From Azolla caroliniana (Eukaryota > Plantae > Polypodiophyta): a stretch of 64,000 bases of DNA. Location: assembly GCA_043228905.1 (NCBI GenBank), contig JBHGNT010000015.1, positions 1,550,001 through 1,614,000 on the forward strand. Reading direction: 5' to 3'. Position 1 is the first letter of the stretch; each line of letters begins with the position of its first letter. Positions 25,429 through 38,813 of this stretch are shown here, one piece after another. The translations under genes were made by a program, and so were the position numbers. The notes below the pieces were generated by a model that saw only the letters and a program-made list of their open reading frames with translations, was not told where the DNA came from and searched no databases.

Positions 25429-26847
25429 ATGGGATCCATTCCAATGCTTAAAATCATAAGAAGTGCCAACAAAACAAAACTCATGAATGTAAAGTGTGTA
25501 CCATGGAAAAGGACTCTCGTGTTTGCCACGCAAGAAGCCTTCTAATTGCATCTTGAAACGCATCTAGGCGCACCCATCGGATTCCATGCTCTTTGCACTG
25601 CGCATTGCTCTACTCCTCGCCTAGATTGGCCTGGATATCCCAATTCCTTTTAGAAAGCTAGACGTTCCTAACTCATGCTCTCATGCTTTGCTCTAGATAG
25701 CTTGTCATTGCCTCCTTCTCTTTGTTGGCCTTGATACGCTTCTTTTGTTTTCTACTCTAATCATACGATTACTTGTTGCATCTTTGCCAACACATTTCGC
25801 CAAGCCTATGGAATGGTCTTGGATAGTCTTGACCATTCTTGTCTCCTTACTAGAGTTCTAATGCCTCAGAATGATGTCAATGAACAAAGTCATTGCTCGT
25901 GACAAACCAACTAATTTCATGTACTGTACACATAACTTACTATGCCACATTGCTTAGGATATAGGTAGTATTGAATGCGTATCCACATTTTGAAACATTT
26001 GCCTGCAATGTTCGGCCTAAATTCAAAGACCCACAATAAGGTAACAAACCTCAAACTATGCTTGCATTCGCATTTTGGACATTCAATACCTTATTATGAC
26101 ACATGTCATATTAGGGCAAATACTACAAGCACCATTCAAATGTCACCCTAAGTTGGAAATATGTTCTCTTATATTATGCATTCATATTAGATTGTGTGTT
26201 GCAAGCACCCATCTAGATTTCTAGGAGCATAACATACTAACCTAACCTTAGGTCTTGTCCAATAGATGGTGCTTTTAGGCCATTTTTAATGAAGGACGAT
26301 TTTGCAATGCATGTGTGGAAAGCGGTGGAGATGGTGTAATAAACAAAACCTTGGATTCAACATTGGCATGTAGATTGTAGATTTCTTTACAAGCGCATGA
26401 AATTCTTGGAGTATCGTAATTTAAAAGCCTTGAGTGACATCATTATTGTGCAAGCACTTTTGTTTCTTAAAGTTTCAAGAATGGTTAGAATTTTGTTATG
26501 TTCAAAGTTACCAAACTTTATCTTCAAGAAACAACCTACATTCTCAATATGGAAGTATGAATGAAGTAAAACTCTAGAGAGGCTTTGTTTTAGTTGTGTT
26601 TTAAGGTCTTTATTTATGTGAGAAATCATGCACATGTTAAAAATATGAATACCATTAAAAAATTGATTTTAACGCCAAGTAAGGTTTATAAGTAGTTAGT
26701 TTAGTGCCACTTAGACACATCGATGTCATTAAAATGCACTTGAATTGGCATTTAAACCAAGACTCTGAGAGAAGTCATTTCACATTGGTTAAAATTTCTT
26801 TTTAAGTAAGTTGGATGGTCCTACTTCACAGTGATACCAAGACACAT

Positions 26848-27035
26848 CTACATCTCTCCCAAGATATTTCATGAGCATTTACCACCAAGCTACATCGCTC
26901 CCAAGATATTTCATGTGCATTTACCAACCAACTAGACAAGGGAACCAACACAAAAAAGCATCCTCTATATGTCTTTGAGAGAATAAGAGAAAGAAACAAA
27001 CGCGCCTACATTACTCCCATGATATTTTCATGAGG
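26848..27035. repeat. Three ~40-bp imperfect repeats
   Basis: ctacatc(t/g)ctcccaagatatttcatg occurs twice in tandem, with a third variant near 27005. Confidence 0.6.
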
Positions 27036-28129
27036 GTTACATTTGGACAAAGGACCACTTAAAAGGATGAGTAATTCATTAGTAAACAAGGAGCTACATT
27101 AACAGTTTGATGGTTCAATGCTCACTCATCCAAGAATATATTAGTTCACTTTCGCATGTCACAAGATTTGAATTGCACTGAAACAAAACGAGAAGTGCAC
27201 CATAAACAACCAATATCCATACAAATGTTTGTTATAACACCTGTTCTAACATGTACACTTCAATGCTCTCTTGTATTTCATGACATAAATACTCCAATAT
27301 TATGTAGAAAGTAGTACACAGTACAATACAGCAAAGTCAACACTGCAAATATCAATAACACGCAGTGACACAAAATACCAATGAAATGTAAATATGTAAC
27401 TGGCATCATAAGAAAATCTGTTCAACTCTTACACTCCAGAGAGCTGGTCAAGGGAGACACTAGGATATAAACTCTGATACACATGGACATGTCATGTTGT
27501 ATTGTAACTCATATGACTACATTCTCAACCCCAACTCCATTCTGAAAATGATTGCGGATGAACAGTCAATCTCACAAGAACATGAAACAGAAGACATGTT
27601 TGCTTCACTGAAACTAAGAAATGACATTATATATAATCTCAATATCAAAAATGTTTACTGCCTCTAAATCCATTAAGTCTCAGATATGATATTCTCATGA
27701 AAAAAATCTTCAGTGTAAAGGCAACCTAAAATTCCAAAAAATTGTTAACTAGACATCAATTCAGTAAAAAAAATCAAATGTTAGTTCTTAGCTTCTTACA
27801 CCTGCCCACTGCCTGACAAACCCCATGTATGTTCAATCATTCTTTCCCCATTTGTTTGTCGAGTCGGATAACATTTTGATGGAATGCCGATTCATAATAG
27901 ATCTTCAGTATACAACAATTCCAACCAGGGACATGTTTTGTTTTCAGATGTTGGTATGTCCTCCAAACTTCACCTGAGTTGTCTCTCAAGAAATTCCAGC
28001 CAACTAACAGCCACTTATTTCTTTGTAGATAGGTTGAACAAACCAAGAATCCATAAAAGGTGTAACTTCTGAACTGGAGCAGAGAATGTGACAGCGAAAA
28101 ACTGAAGACGATCAGTACTCTCTTGTACA

Positions 28130-31100
28130 CTATCTCCTCTTAAATCCAGGTTTTCCTCTGCCCCTTCCACGTGTATTATTTTTCAGGCCTAAGGACCTAA
28201 TACCTCGTTTTCTTATCACATCATTTGATGACTGATCCTTATGTCCACTATCTGCCCGGAAAGATACTTGTCGCCCACCAGCTTGAAACTTATTTCTAAC
28301 TTTCCAATTACCAGTGTTATTAGACCCACTGTTTTCTGCCATTGAGATGCGTTTCTCCAGTGGTAAGGAATGTTCTCTGGCAAGTGAAACTTTATTACGG
28401 AAGGCATCCGCATGGACTTCATCTTTCACCTCATAAAACCTGAACAAAGAACAGAATTAATAATTTACCCTGAACATTTTAACAAGTCCTTCCACCTCCA
28501 GAGCTTCCCAAGTCTCCTCAAAGCCTTGGAGACTTCTAAGTAATTTTAGAAATCAGGAGAACTCTTTAATGTGGACAAACATTTTCCATAATTGTTATAA
28601 TGGGTAGTTAATAGGAAATTAATTTGCTAGACTGAATGTTGACAAAAGGATGTTCATATTCTCATCATGTTTTATTACCTTGGCTTAGTGCTTTTTGCAG
28701 GATGCTTCTCTAGTTTCCTCTTCTTGTTTAAACTTCTTCTATCCTCCTCAGAATCCGAAGAGCTTCCATCATGATACGTACCTTCTCCATCACTTTCACT
28801 TTCAGAAACCATGGTAAAATGTTCATCCATAAGAGAAGACTTCTTCTTTTGTGTATTAGGGTGGAGCAGTTTGTACTCATCTGCTGTTTCATCCACTTGA
28901 AAAGCCTGCAAGAAGAATTTGATCAACAATATCAGATTACATTTTCTTATCTGCATAATTATATTCATACCATTCCAACTGCTATTGTCTTGGCTAAGGC
29001 TTTCATTTGCCTATTGCTTCTTTTCAAGTTTGGATACATGATTTAAGCTTTCATTTATGTAGCTCTTGACTAGCAAACAAAAATTATGAAAAAACACAAA
29101 CTACAGAATAAACACCAAACTTCTCCTGCTATACATGGACTTGTACTAACAGCTAAGATATGTCAATCATTGCGTTGAAATTAGCAAACATATCAACAGA
29201 ATGAACAAACCTTATCCGTAAACATCGATTTGAAACGATCATCTTCAAGCAGACTAGCTTTACTAGTTTTTGCTTCCTCAGAAAGATGTACTCTGCCTTT
29301 GCCTTCAAGTAATCTTGCAGCCAGTTCCTTATTCACTTTCGGAAGCTTCCGTTTTATCTATAAATTAAAATCGTGGAATGTCAACAGACCATCGGAAGAA
29401 AGATTCCAGTACCAAAGTTCATATATAAATATCAGTCATATTCACCGTTATGCGTGCAGCCTGTTCAGCATTTAGCTTTTCTTGAATGCGTTGCTCCCTG
29501 TAGGTTTCATATGCAAATGGATCTGCCATTGCCTTTGCCTTTTGAAAGTGCAGACCAAATCAAAATAATGAGTACAAAAAATGGAAGAAAAAATACACAT
29601 GTATATTCAGCAACAAGAGTTACCTTGTTATATAATCGATGATCAATAAAAAACCCATGCATATATGCATGTAGCAAGTTGGTACCAATGAGATTGTTCA
29701 AGTTGAGCTTCTCTAGATCTTCTTTTGTCACAAATTTGAAGTCATCATAGATTACACTGTGACCTTCTTCTTCCAACTCTTCCTGCATAGCATGGATGAT
29801 ATTAGTAACTTAGGTTATCACATGCCAAAAACCAACTCACATAGAGAGTGCAAAATTTTATAGGCATACCGTCAAGTTCTCTAAGTATGAACACCATCTT
29901 GGTGCAGGACCTAATGCTGGTATAAAATAAGCAGGTATTTGAGGTGAATCCAAGGCCATAAACATAAGACCACTATTCCGAACCACACATATATCATTGA
30001 TAATTCCATTGGGAGGTTCCAAATTTGTCATTGTTTCACCCTGCACAGCAATTGCATATTCAGAACACTCAAGGATCTCCCATGTAAGATACCACCAATA
30101 TCCTATTGTTACATTGCTAACTTAAAAAAAATCCTGGTGAAGTTCATACTAATTAACAGCCGTAATTTCCATATTAAAAGACACTAAACAGTTATTTTCA
30201 TAATTTGAAACAAATGCAGTTTTTGTAGTCCAGGAAGCTAGGACTACCTTTCTAGATAAGCATAAGAAAGCTAGTCATTATCCATGTTCCATTACACCAC
30301 GTAAGTAGATAACATTACTCTGGTATAAATGTGTGACCCATATAAAGAGGGCGTTGGTGGTATGAAATGTCTAGGATCATATTATTATTGGCAAAATCAA
30401 GCGTGTGAAGTATGAAAAATATAGGTGTAAGCATGTTGTTGTTAAAATATAGTATCAAGTCTGGCTTATGTACTCACATTATCTGGATCCCAAATCCTCA
30501 CCACGTGATGATCTGTACTGATTATTTGCCTTCTGGATGAGCTTAAGCTTTCATGCCATTTTATATCCACGATGGGAGTACCATACCTGTAGAGTTTCAA
30601 GGAAAATGGATCCTTTATAGAAGAACAATGAAACTAGTACTGCATCAAGAGTACAAAATTTGACGACAATCACAATTGCATGACTCTACTAGTGATCTAC
30701 ATACATCTATACACAAGAATACATCCAGTGTATAAAATTTGACTATTACCATTTATTTAATTAATGGAACTCCCTGACATCATTAATCCTTGATTTCAAA
30801 TATATACATTGAATAGAATAAGACATACATACATGTGATCCTTGGTCAAAATTGGAGAAGATGATCGTAAATCATAGAGGAGCACCTATAGCATTCAGAG
30901 AGTTAAAAATCAATATGTCATATTTATAGATGTTCCCAGACAAAGCCTGACAATGCCTAAAACAGTAATTTACTTGGCCAGAACTGGTTCCAACTGCTAT
31001 AAGAAAGCCTTCATTGTCATCAAATCGAACTGCTCTGATTCCCTAGAAAAACGATTGTAAGATCAATTAGTTTTCTCAACGTTACCTCACAAGAAGAAAA

Positions 31101-34100
31101 ACAGTATAGTTCATGATCACCATATTCGTCACTACATAAGATGGGCATCATGCTGCAAAGCTATATTCATTTGTTTTCCAGGTTCTCGAAACCAAATGAT
31201 ACATATAGCAAGTTCACCTGGTCATTATGTCCTGCTGACCCAACAGCATCAATTCTACCAACTGCTGTTTTTTGCCTCAAATCAAAGCATTCTAAAGCTC
31301 CATCCTCTCCACCACAAGCTAGTAGACCATGAACTGGACTGTACCAAACATCAGTTTCTTTTGATCGGTATTATAAAGAGAAACAACTATGTGACATATT
31401 TATAACTACAGATACTCAATATATATTAGTGTATAGCCAAATATTGCTCACCTTCTACCTAAAACATTAACTGCTGGAGACCGTGTCGCAATCGGAGCTA
31501 GGAATCGACCCTGCACATTATAAGAAAACATAGCTATATGTCATACAGCATAAAAAGAACAGTTAATATAGGTGAATAATGTAAAGTTTGCCTTGCTAAC
31601 CTGCTCCAAATTTATACGATATAATTCTGGAGAAGAAGCTGCAACTAAGAGATCCGTGGACCAGCAGTCATAAGCAAGATCCCTCCCCATCCTGAGAACC
31701 TAATTATCAGCAAATAGCATCTAATCTTTGATTGAATATGTGCATACGGAAAATATATAATCTAACAGGCAATGAGAAGAAAGCATTCATTATCAGAGCC
31801 CTTGAAGACTGCAATATTAAACAAGAAATTCGAAGCCTCTTAAAATGATGGAGCATAGACCACACTCTACAGATAGACCACATGAGCAAATGAAATGAAT
31901 ACAAAGAACAAACTATACAATCATGTTTCCTGTCAATAATACTTAATTCAATGAAAAACATTCCATTATCATAACTCTTAGTTCACACACTCGGCCGCCT
32001 TCACCAATTCAATCACTGCAAGTACCTTTAATTCCCATCATACCTCATGCAAATCATTACTTGTCAATATAACTGTGTCCTCTTACATCTAGTTCCTTGC
32101 TCAGATATATGGTATCACTTCTATCTTGCCAAAGATGCTTCTCTTGATCAATTGACAAAGATTTCTTTCTTCTTCTCTCCTCCCTTTCCTTCTCATTCTT
32201 CTTACTTCTCTTCCATCCCTTTCTTCTCACCCCAATCCTAACTCATCCTTCATTTAACTAGAGAGTATATAGGAAGTTATTTTACAATTTTATTTGCAAA
32301 AATATATAAAATTAAATTCACCTGGGTATACGTAGTTGGTAGTGGCTTCCGTATTTTGCATGCAACCACACTGACCGATCTGAACAAAGAAAAGCCAATT
32401 TGGAATAATCATCTCCAAGAACCTAAAACCAAGAAATTTGGTATCAATATCGTGCTAGAAAAGAGTTATATGGACTAATTATCAAATATTTAAATAATGA
32501 AATTCATCGACTAAAAAATTATACCTGCCAAATTATAATATCAGGTTTCACTATTTATTCAATTGCCACATTTCACTCAACACACAAACATTACAAGGTG
32601 GAGGAGGAGAGACAATATGCAGGGGACGCATGCAGGGGACGCACAAAGAAATGAGACGAGGAAAAGAGTATGGATCCACCGAGAGAAGCTGGGAATGAGG
32701 GAAGGATTAGCAAAAAGAGAGAACATCGAGGAAGGACAGGCCATCAGATCAATATCAAATCCATTTCCACATCCATAAATAAAAAGAATCTTCTGCAAAG
32801 CTAAGCTAAGCCAAATGGCCAAAATGCAAGTCACCTTAATTATCAATAGATGTAAAATACTGTTATTCTCTATTCTATGGACTCACAGAGATTCTTGCGC
32901 TTTGGATCCTCTCTTTCTTGTCACAAAGGTTTATTATATTCACAGAATTATCTCCCCACTTTCCTCTTAGAACTCAATTGACTAGCAACTTTTCTTCCTT
33001 TCTTCCATGAAATGGCTGAGCAACACTAAATTTATTATCAATTTGAACTTTTGAAACCAAGAAAGATACACCAGCAAAAACATCCTAATTTTTAATCTTC
33101 TCTAACTCACTTTAATTCACTATGTGCTCTTCCACACTTTTGTTATGATGCAATTTCTGCTTTAGGGCAATGAAAAACTTTTTTTCAGGAAACATTAGTT
33201 TTGTTGTCTCCTGCTATGTTGTATACAAGTCTTAAATTTTCTATATACAACTGTCCCAATCCTCAAGAGTGGAGACTCCATGATGTCAAGCTAGGACAAT
33301 CATGACTGGCCATTACTTGGCTAGACTACATGGCTCAATCCAATAGTCAGAAAAGGGTATATGATCAGAGAAAAATGGCTGCCATTCAGCTGGACAGGCA
33401 CACTTTCAAAAGGGGTTCACAACTTTAAATCACATAATGCCCCTCCGAGCCCTTATCGAGGAGGGCAAAGCCCATAATAAAAGGATTTGTTGCTGCTTTG
33501 TGGATTTCTGAAAAGCCTTCAACACTATGCAGCATGTTCGGCTTATGCAACAGCTAAAAGCCATTGGTATCCCAATACAATAGGGGATTTATGCACTGTA
33601 TGACTGTGTCAGGATCTCCCAATGGTTTGTCAAAGGCTGTGGCTCGCATAATTGGAGTAAAACAAGGATGCCCACTATCACCCACTCTCTTCGGTCTCTA
33701 TATAGATGAGGAATCACATTACATATAAAGATTCAGGGGTTCGGGAGCATACCTTGCAGGCATAGCCATACAAATATTACTATATGCTGATGATATTGTG
33801 CTGATTTCCGAATCTCTCAAGGGACTACAAAGACATTTAAACGCCTTAAAAGTACTTAGTACAGACAAAGGTTTGCCAATAAACATGGATAAAACTAAAG
33901 CGATGGTGTTTAACACCACTCAAGCATGGTTAACAAGATCAGAACCAGAATTGTTCTTGGGAGAGGAAAAGGTGGCACACGCACTCCTACACACACCTAA
34001 GTGTAACATTCATAGGGCCTTGGTTCCCTTACAGACGGTTGTTCGTGCCCGACTTTCTTGTGGATATGCAGCCCTTGGTGCTCTAGAAAGACAGTGTGCG

Positions 34101-36096
34101 CATTTGCAGTTCCAAGGGCCACAAATTAAACTGTGACCTATTCGATACACTTGTAAAACTAACTCTTCCCTATGGAGTGGAAACCTGGGAACCGGGCCTT
34201 GACAAGGAAAATAACTGGAAACATTTAGAGAAACCTTTAGTCTCAATGATTGTCAGAATGATAAGAGCAGAGCATCGGTTCACCACGATATAATCTGGGC
34301 AAAGATGGGAGCAGCCCCTATAATCATCAAGACATTATTCCGATCAGTGACCTGTATCCAATAGCTTTGGGAGCTTCATAAATGAAGTTACTCAAGATTG
34401 GCACATATGTAATCAAAACAACTTGCTGAACATGGAGACATTCATTGTTGGTATGCTGAAATGCAACAATGGTTGAGTCACATGGCATTAGCGTAGATGC
34501 ACTACCCCCATTCCAATATAGCTTGGATTGTCCCCACCTAAACATGACCAGAGTGAAAAAGAATAGAGTGATCCGAACTGATATTGTTAACTTGGAAAAC
34601 AAGATAACATGGATCAGCCAAAAACAAAAAAATTACAATCTATGCTTGAGACCTTTCGAATACAAAAATTACAATCTACCTGACTTGAGAATCTTACATG
34701 TATCAGATTCTTTAGTCTCTTTTTTATCTTCTTCTTTTTTTACTTAGTAAAATTTATTTTGTTTTGTTGACCTCAAAGACGAGAGAATACTTAAGATGTT
34801 ATCACTTGTTTGGTCTTATATGCCATTTTGGCCTCTTAAAAGATGTCAATTTATCTTTCTTCTTCATCTTCTTTCTTCAGGTTAAAAATTTCGTTCGAAA
34901 CATACAGCTACCCTCTGAATTTATGCATTAATTTATCAATGAAAGAATTGGCATCGATGTGAGAGCTGATTGTAAGAAAAAAGTGACCCAGAGTAAGCAC
35001 AATACCTGAAAATCAACAATTTCAGCATCCAAATGTCTTTCAAATTTCATTGACATCTCCCTCACTTCGTACACCTTCACTTGAGGAGGATAGATGCCTG
35101 TCATAAATGCAAGGATTCTTGGATTGGGCATTAACTTTCCAATGTGTTACACAATCACAGGCAGTGTCAAAAAAACATTTTTCTTACAAAAAGGTAGTAA
35201 GACTTCATTGCAACTGTTCATTAGCACACATCTCAATATGTGAAGGTTTTTATCTTAGAACACCTAACAACTTAGAGATCTCTGTTGAGGATTCATATTC
35301 TCAAACACCTAATCATTAAATGGTATTTTGTACCTTCTCTGACCTTGAAACTAATTTTACCAAAATGTTCTAAACCTTCATCTAGATTTGCTTAAATCGT
35401 TTACTGACAGATACGCGAATATTGGATGGTTTTCCACTTCAAATCATAGTTGAGATGTATTGGTTGCTAGAATTTCTAAAACTGTCAAGGTGATTGATGA
35501 ATAATGCAAGTGAGAATGTAACTTCTGAATCATGCAAACAAGAATTATATATGCTGGCTATTTTTCAGCTGGATTCTACTCGCAACTGCAAAGCATAGAA
35601 TAGAGAAACCAATGACTCTATTTGTCTCTTCTTTTTCAAAATACAAACGTGATTTTCATACATGAAATGGCAAATTACGCTACAGTACGGATTTCTTTTT
35701 TACTCAAAGTGCAATCTTGGAATCCGATGAAGAAGAAACGGGAGATAGAAACCTGAGACAATGATGAATTCGTTGTCTGGAGAGGATTTTATCTTTGTAG
35801 CAGCAGTCTCGAAGTTCATGTCTTGAATCAATTCAATCCTCCGATTATAATCTGCAGAGAAAGAGAACAGAAGAAAAAAATAAAACTGGATGAAGCAAAA
35901 ACAGGAAAAGCAAGGGGTAATGGATTATCCGGCAAAAGGTTTAAAAAAAAAACGACAGGTTAATATATGCAAAACAGAACAGCAAACCTTCATTTTTCTT
36001 CAGTGTTTTGAGCTTGGAAGGGGGGAGCCAGGAGGGAAAAGAGCGATGTTCAGAGACACTGTAGACTTTCACGCCGTTGAGGGATGTCACCTTCAT
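28130..36096 (-). CDS. NOL10: Nucleolar protein 10 / Enp2 (WD40 SSU-processome factor), multi-exon
   Basis: Start [15 protein letters not shown] (exon 36096-35988); [11 protein letters not shown] (35851-35753); [23 protein letters not shown] (35097-35006); [13 protein letters not shown] (32422-32322); [19 protein letters not shown]; [26 protein letters not shown]; NUC153-like DDRFK; basic C-terminus with stop at 28130. Confidence 0.93.
33270..34880 (+). mobile_element. Decayed LINE (family B) in NOL10 intron 3, antisense to the gene
   Basis: [24 protein letters not shown] and LLYADDIV. Closely similar to 62468-64000 (reverse complement), including the 3' tail ccattttggcctcttaaaaga. ~680-bp internal deletion near 34620. 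Confidence 0.9.
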
Positions 36097-36183
36097 AGTC
36101 CCCATCGAAGCAGGCCGACGTTTTTCTTCTTTCTTTCTTGGAGCTCCGTTCTGTTATGCTTCGTCGTCGTCGCCGCCGCCGCC

Positions 36184-36225
36184 TAGGGTTTAGGGTTTAG
36201 GGTTTAGGGTTTAGGGTTTAGGGTT
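36184..36225 (-). promoter_or_regulatory. Six tandem plant telomere repeats (telo-box AAACCCTA array) ~90 bp upstream of the NOL10 ATG
   Basis: (TAGGGTT)x6 seen directly. Telo-boxes are established cis-elements of plant ribosome-biogenesis and translation genes. Confidence 0.8.
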
Positions 36226-36469
36226 TTGCAGGTCTGCGATGCCATAGACACAGAAATTTCTATGTACATATACAGTAAAACGTAATACGTATACACTGCG
36301 AGAAACAGAGGGGCAGACGGAGGCAGAAAGCGAGAGTTTCTCGAATAATTAGGAAAATAGCCCCATAGTTTCTCATATTTGTAGAAGTAGCCCCATCCTT
36401 TCCTTCCATAACCCTCACGCAATTCATGTCCAAATAAATAACTCAACTCTCTAGCCTGGCTGATTTAAT

Positions 36470-36562
36470 GTTTACGGTTTACGGTTTACGGTTTACGGTT
36501 TAGGTTACAAGATTTATGGTTTATGGTTATGGTTTACGGTTTAGGGTCTAGGGTCTAGGGTT
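36470..36562. repeat. Variant telomere-like heptamer tract (TTTACGG/TTTATGG/TTTAGGG/TCTAGGG)
   Basis: Seen directly. Confidence 0.8.
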
Positions 36563-37404
36563 TTGAGTCTCGAGTCTATTGTCCAAGGTTGTCTCCCGAT
36601 GGAGTCTCGAACATGACGCGAATAAAAGCCCCCGGTTGCAGCGACGAAAAAAGGAAATGTAGAGGTCATGTATATGAGGATTTATCCCTGGCTGGAATAA
36701 TTGTATGCTAGTCGGTAGCTACCTTGACTACGTAGGATGTAGTTTTTGCTATCCTAAAACCACACCACGCTCTATCCCTTACTAAAAGGTCACTTTCTTC
36801 TTCTCACGATTTATCATAATGGTATATTATATCCCTTGTGAATTACACTCGATACTACTTCCATCCAAGCTTCAAAGGGGGGCCAAATGACTAACTCTCC
36901 CTCTATGGTTCAGATCTTAGTTTCAACACAACCTAATTGATCTCTTTTGAGCGCACAAACTACACCTTTTGGTAAGCATCTGTTCATTTCTCTAGTCACA
37001 ACATAGTGTGGCGACAACTTGTCAAAGACAATGTCGTAATGAATCTACTCACAAATAGATACAAGGTATCCATGTACATATATGCAATTTGGTTCATTGA
37101 ATGTGATGATGGCATCACTCTAATTTGATTATTAGCTCTATGTTTAGTAGTAATTAACTATTTACCTGTCTATTTATTGTGAGTAAACATGACTGGCAAT
37201 TGATTTGCTCATGTGATTTTGGTTTAAAGTACAAGTTTTTTGCATTATAGAACATGAATATTGATCCTCATAGGGGGATGGTTGGTCACATAAATGACCC
37301 ACCATTCCAAAGTCCAACATTCAAAGCTCGTGACTTCAATTTCTAACATAATTTGGCCCCACAACCAAGAGAACATTAGGACGAAATTCATCTAGTTCTA
37401 AATA

Positions 37405-38813
37405 CAGTAGACATTCGGTTAAGTGCGCACTTTGAACGCAAGGAAAAGGTGCGCATTTAGGGCTTTTTTAGTAATAAAAAAAAAAACCCCAATTTTTTCT
37501 TTCCTGTTCTAATTTTGAGGAAACCCAACCCCAACAGCCATCGTTGAGGCCCTCCTTGCTGCTATAATCGCTCCCACGCTGCTGCAATCCATGTCACTCA
37601 CCACGTTTCTTTCTGATGTCTATTTTTTTGTGTCTATGCTATGAATACGAGAGAAAGATTCTGAAGAGAAGGGAGGTCTTGTGGATAGTTTAGATGGCCT
37701 GATTCTCTACGTATTTTAGATGGTAATTGTTTAGAGATTGTGCGTGATGTCGTTAGTTTGAATTGTGGCATGTGGTTTAGGAGAAACGATCCACATACTT
37801 GGTTGAGATAGTGCTACAAAAATACCTAAGAGTAGAGAGCTATCAATCGATTAATAGTTTTTCTTTTATGTGAGTCCACATAACGAGCTATTAATCGATT
37901 AATAGCTTTCCCTTCATGTGAGTCCACATAATGAGCTATTAATCGATTAATAGTTTTTCTTTTATGTGAACTCACATAAAAGAAAAACTATCAATCAATT
38001 AATAGCTTTCCCCTAATGTGAGTCCACATAATGAGCTTTTAATTGATTAATAGTTTTTCCTTTATGTAAGTCCACATAACTAGCTATTAATCGATTAATA
38101 GATTTCCTTTCTTGTGAGTCCACATAATGAGCTATTAATTGATTAATAGTTTTTCTTTTCTGTGAACTCACATAAAGGAAAAACTATTAATCGATTTATA
38201 GCTTTCCCCTAATGTGAATCCACATAATGAACTATTAATCAATTAATAACTTTCCCCTAATGTGAGTCCACATAATGAGCTATTAATCGATTGATAGGTT
38301 TTCCTTTATGTGAGTTCACATAATGAGCTATTAATCGATTAATAGCTTTCCCCTAATGTAAGTCCACATAATGAGCTATTAATCGATTAATGGCTTTCCC
38401 TAATGTGAGTCCACATAATGAGCTATTAATCGATTAATAGTTTTGCCTTTATGTGAGCTCACATAATGAGCGATTAATCAATTAATAGCTTTCCCCTAAT
38501 ATGAGTCCACATAATGAGCTATTAATTGATTAACCAATCGATAGTTTTCGCTTCATTGACCCTCACCCAACTTGTGCAATGGTAGGAATGCAAGATCTAA
38601 GTTCAATTCATTTTGTGGTTCACAACATCAATTTTATTGAATGTTGATCATTTTGTTGTTTTTTGAATGTTTAGAATATAGTTTCAATTTGGTTTTATGT
38701 AATTTCATCATGAAACAATGAAATTTTTATGATCTCTATTTTGACCTCTATACAAAGCGCACTTAATAGAATGACACATTTAAGTGGGCACGCACTTAAC
38801 CGAATGTCTACTG
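37405..38813. mobile_element. Non-autonomous Tc1/mariner (pogo-like) TIR element
   Basis: Perfect 23-bp TIR CAGTAGACATTCGGTTAAGTGCG / CGCACTTAACCGAATGTCTACTG, flanked by TA on both sides. No transposase ORF. Confidence 0.9.
37837..38545. repeat. 48-bp tandem array (~14.5 units) with a palindromic core
   Basis: Consensus GAGCTATTAATCGATTAATAGCTTTCCCCTAATGTGAGTCCACATAAT. Confidence 0.95.

Noticed and set aside
36184-36225. True telomere or chromosome-fusion scar
   Set aside because: The tract is only 42 bp, has no head-to-head junction, and ordinary sequence continues on both sides.
37837-38545. CRISPR-like array
   Set aside because: The sequence between palindromes is itself repeated, so there are no unique spacers. 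No cas genes, and the context is eukaryotic.
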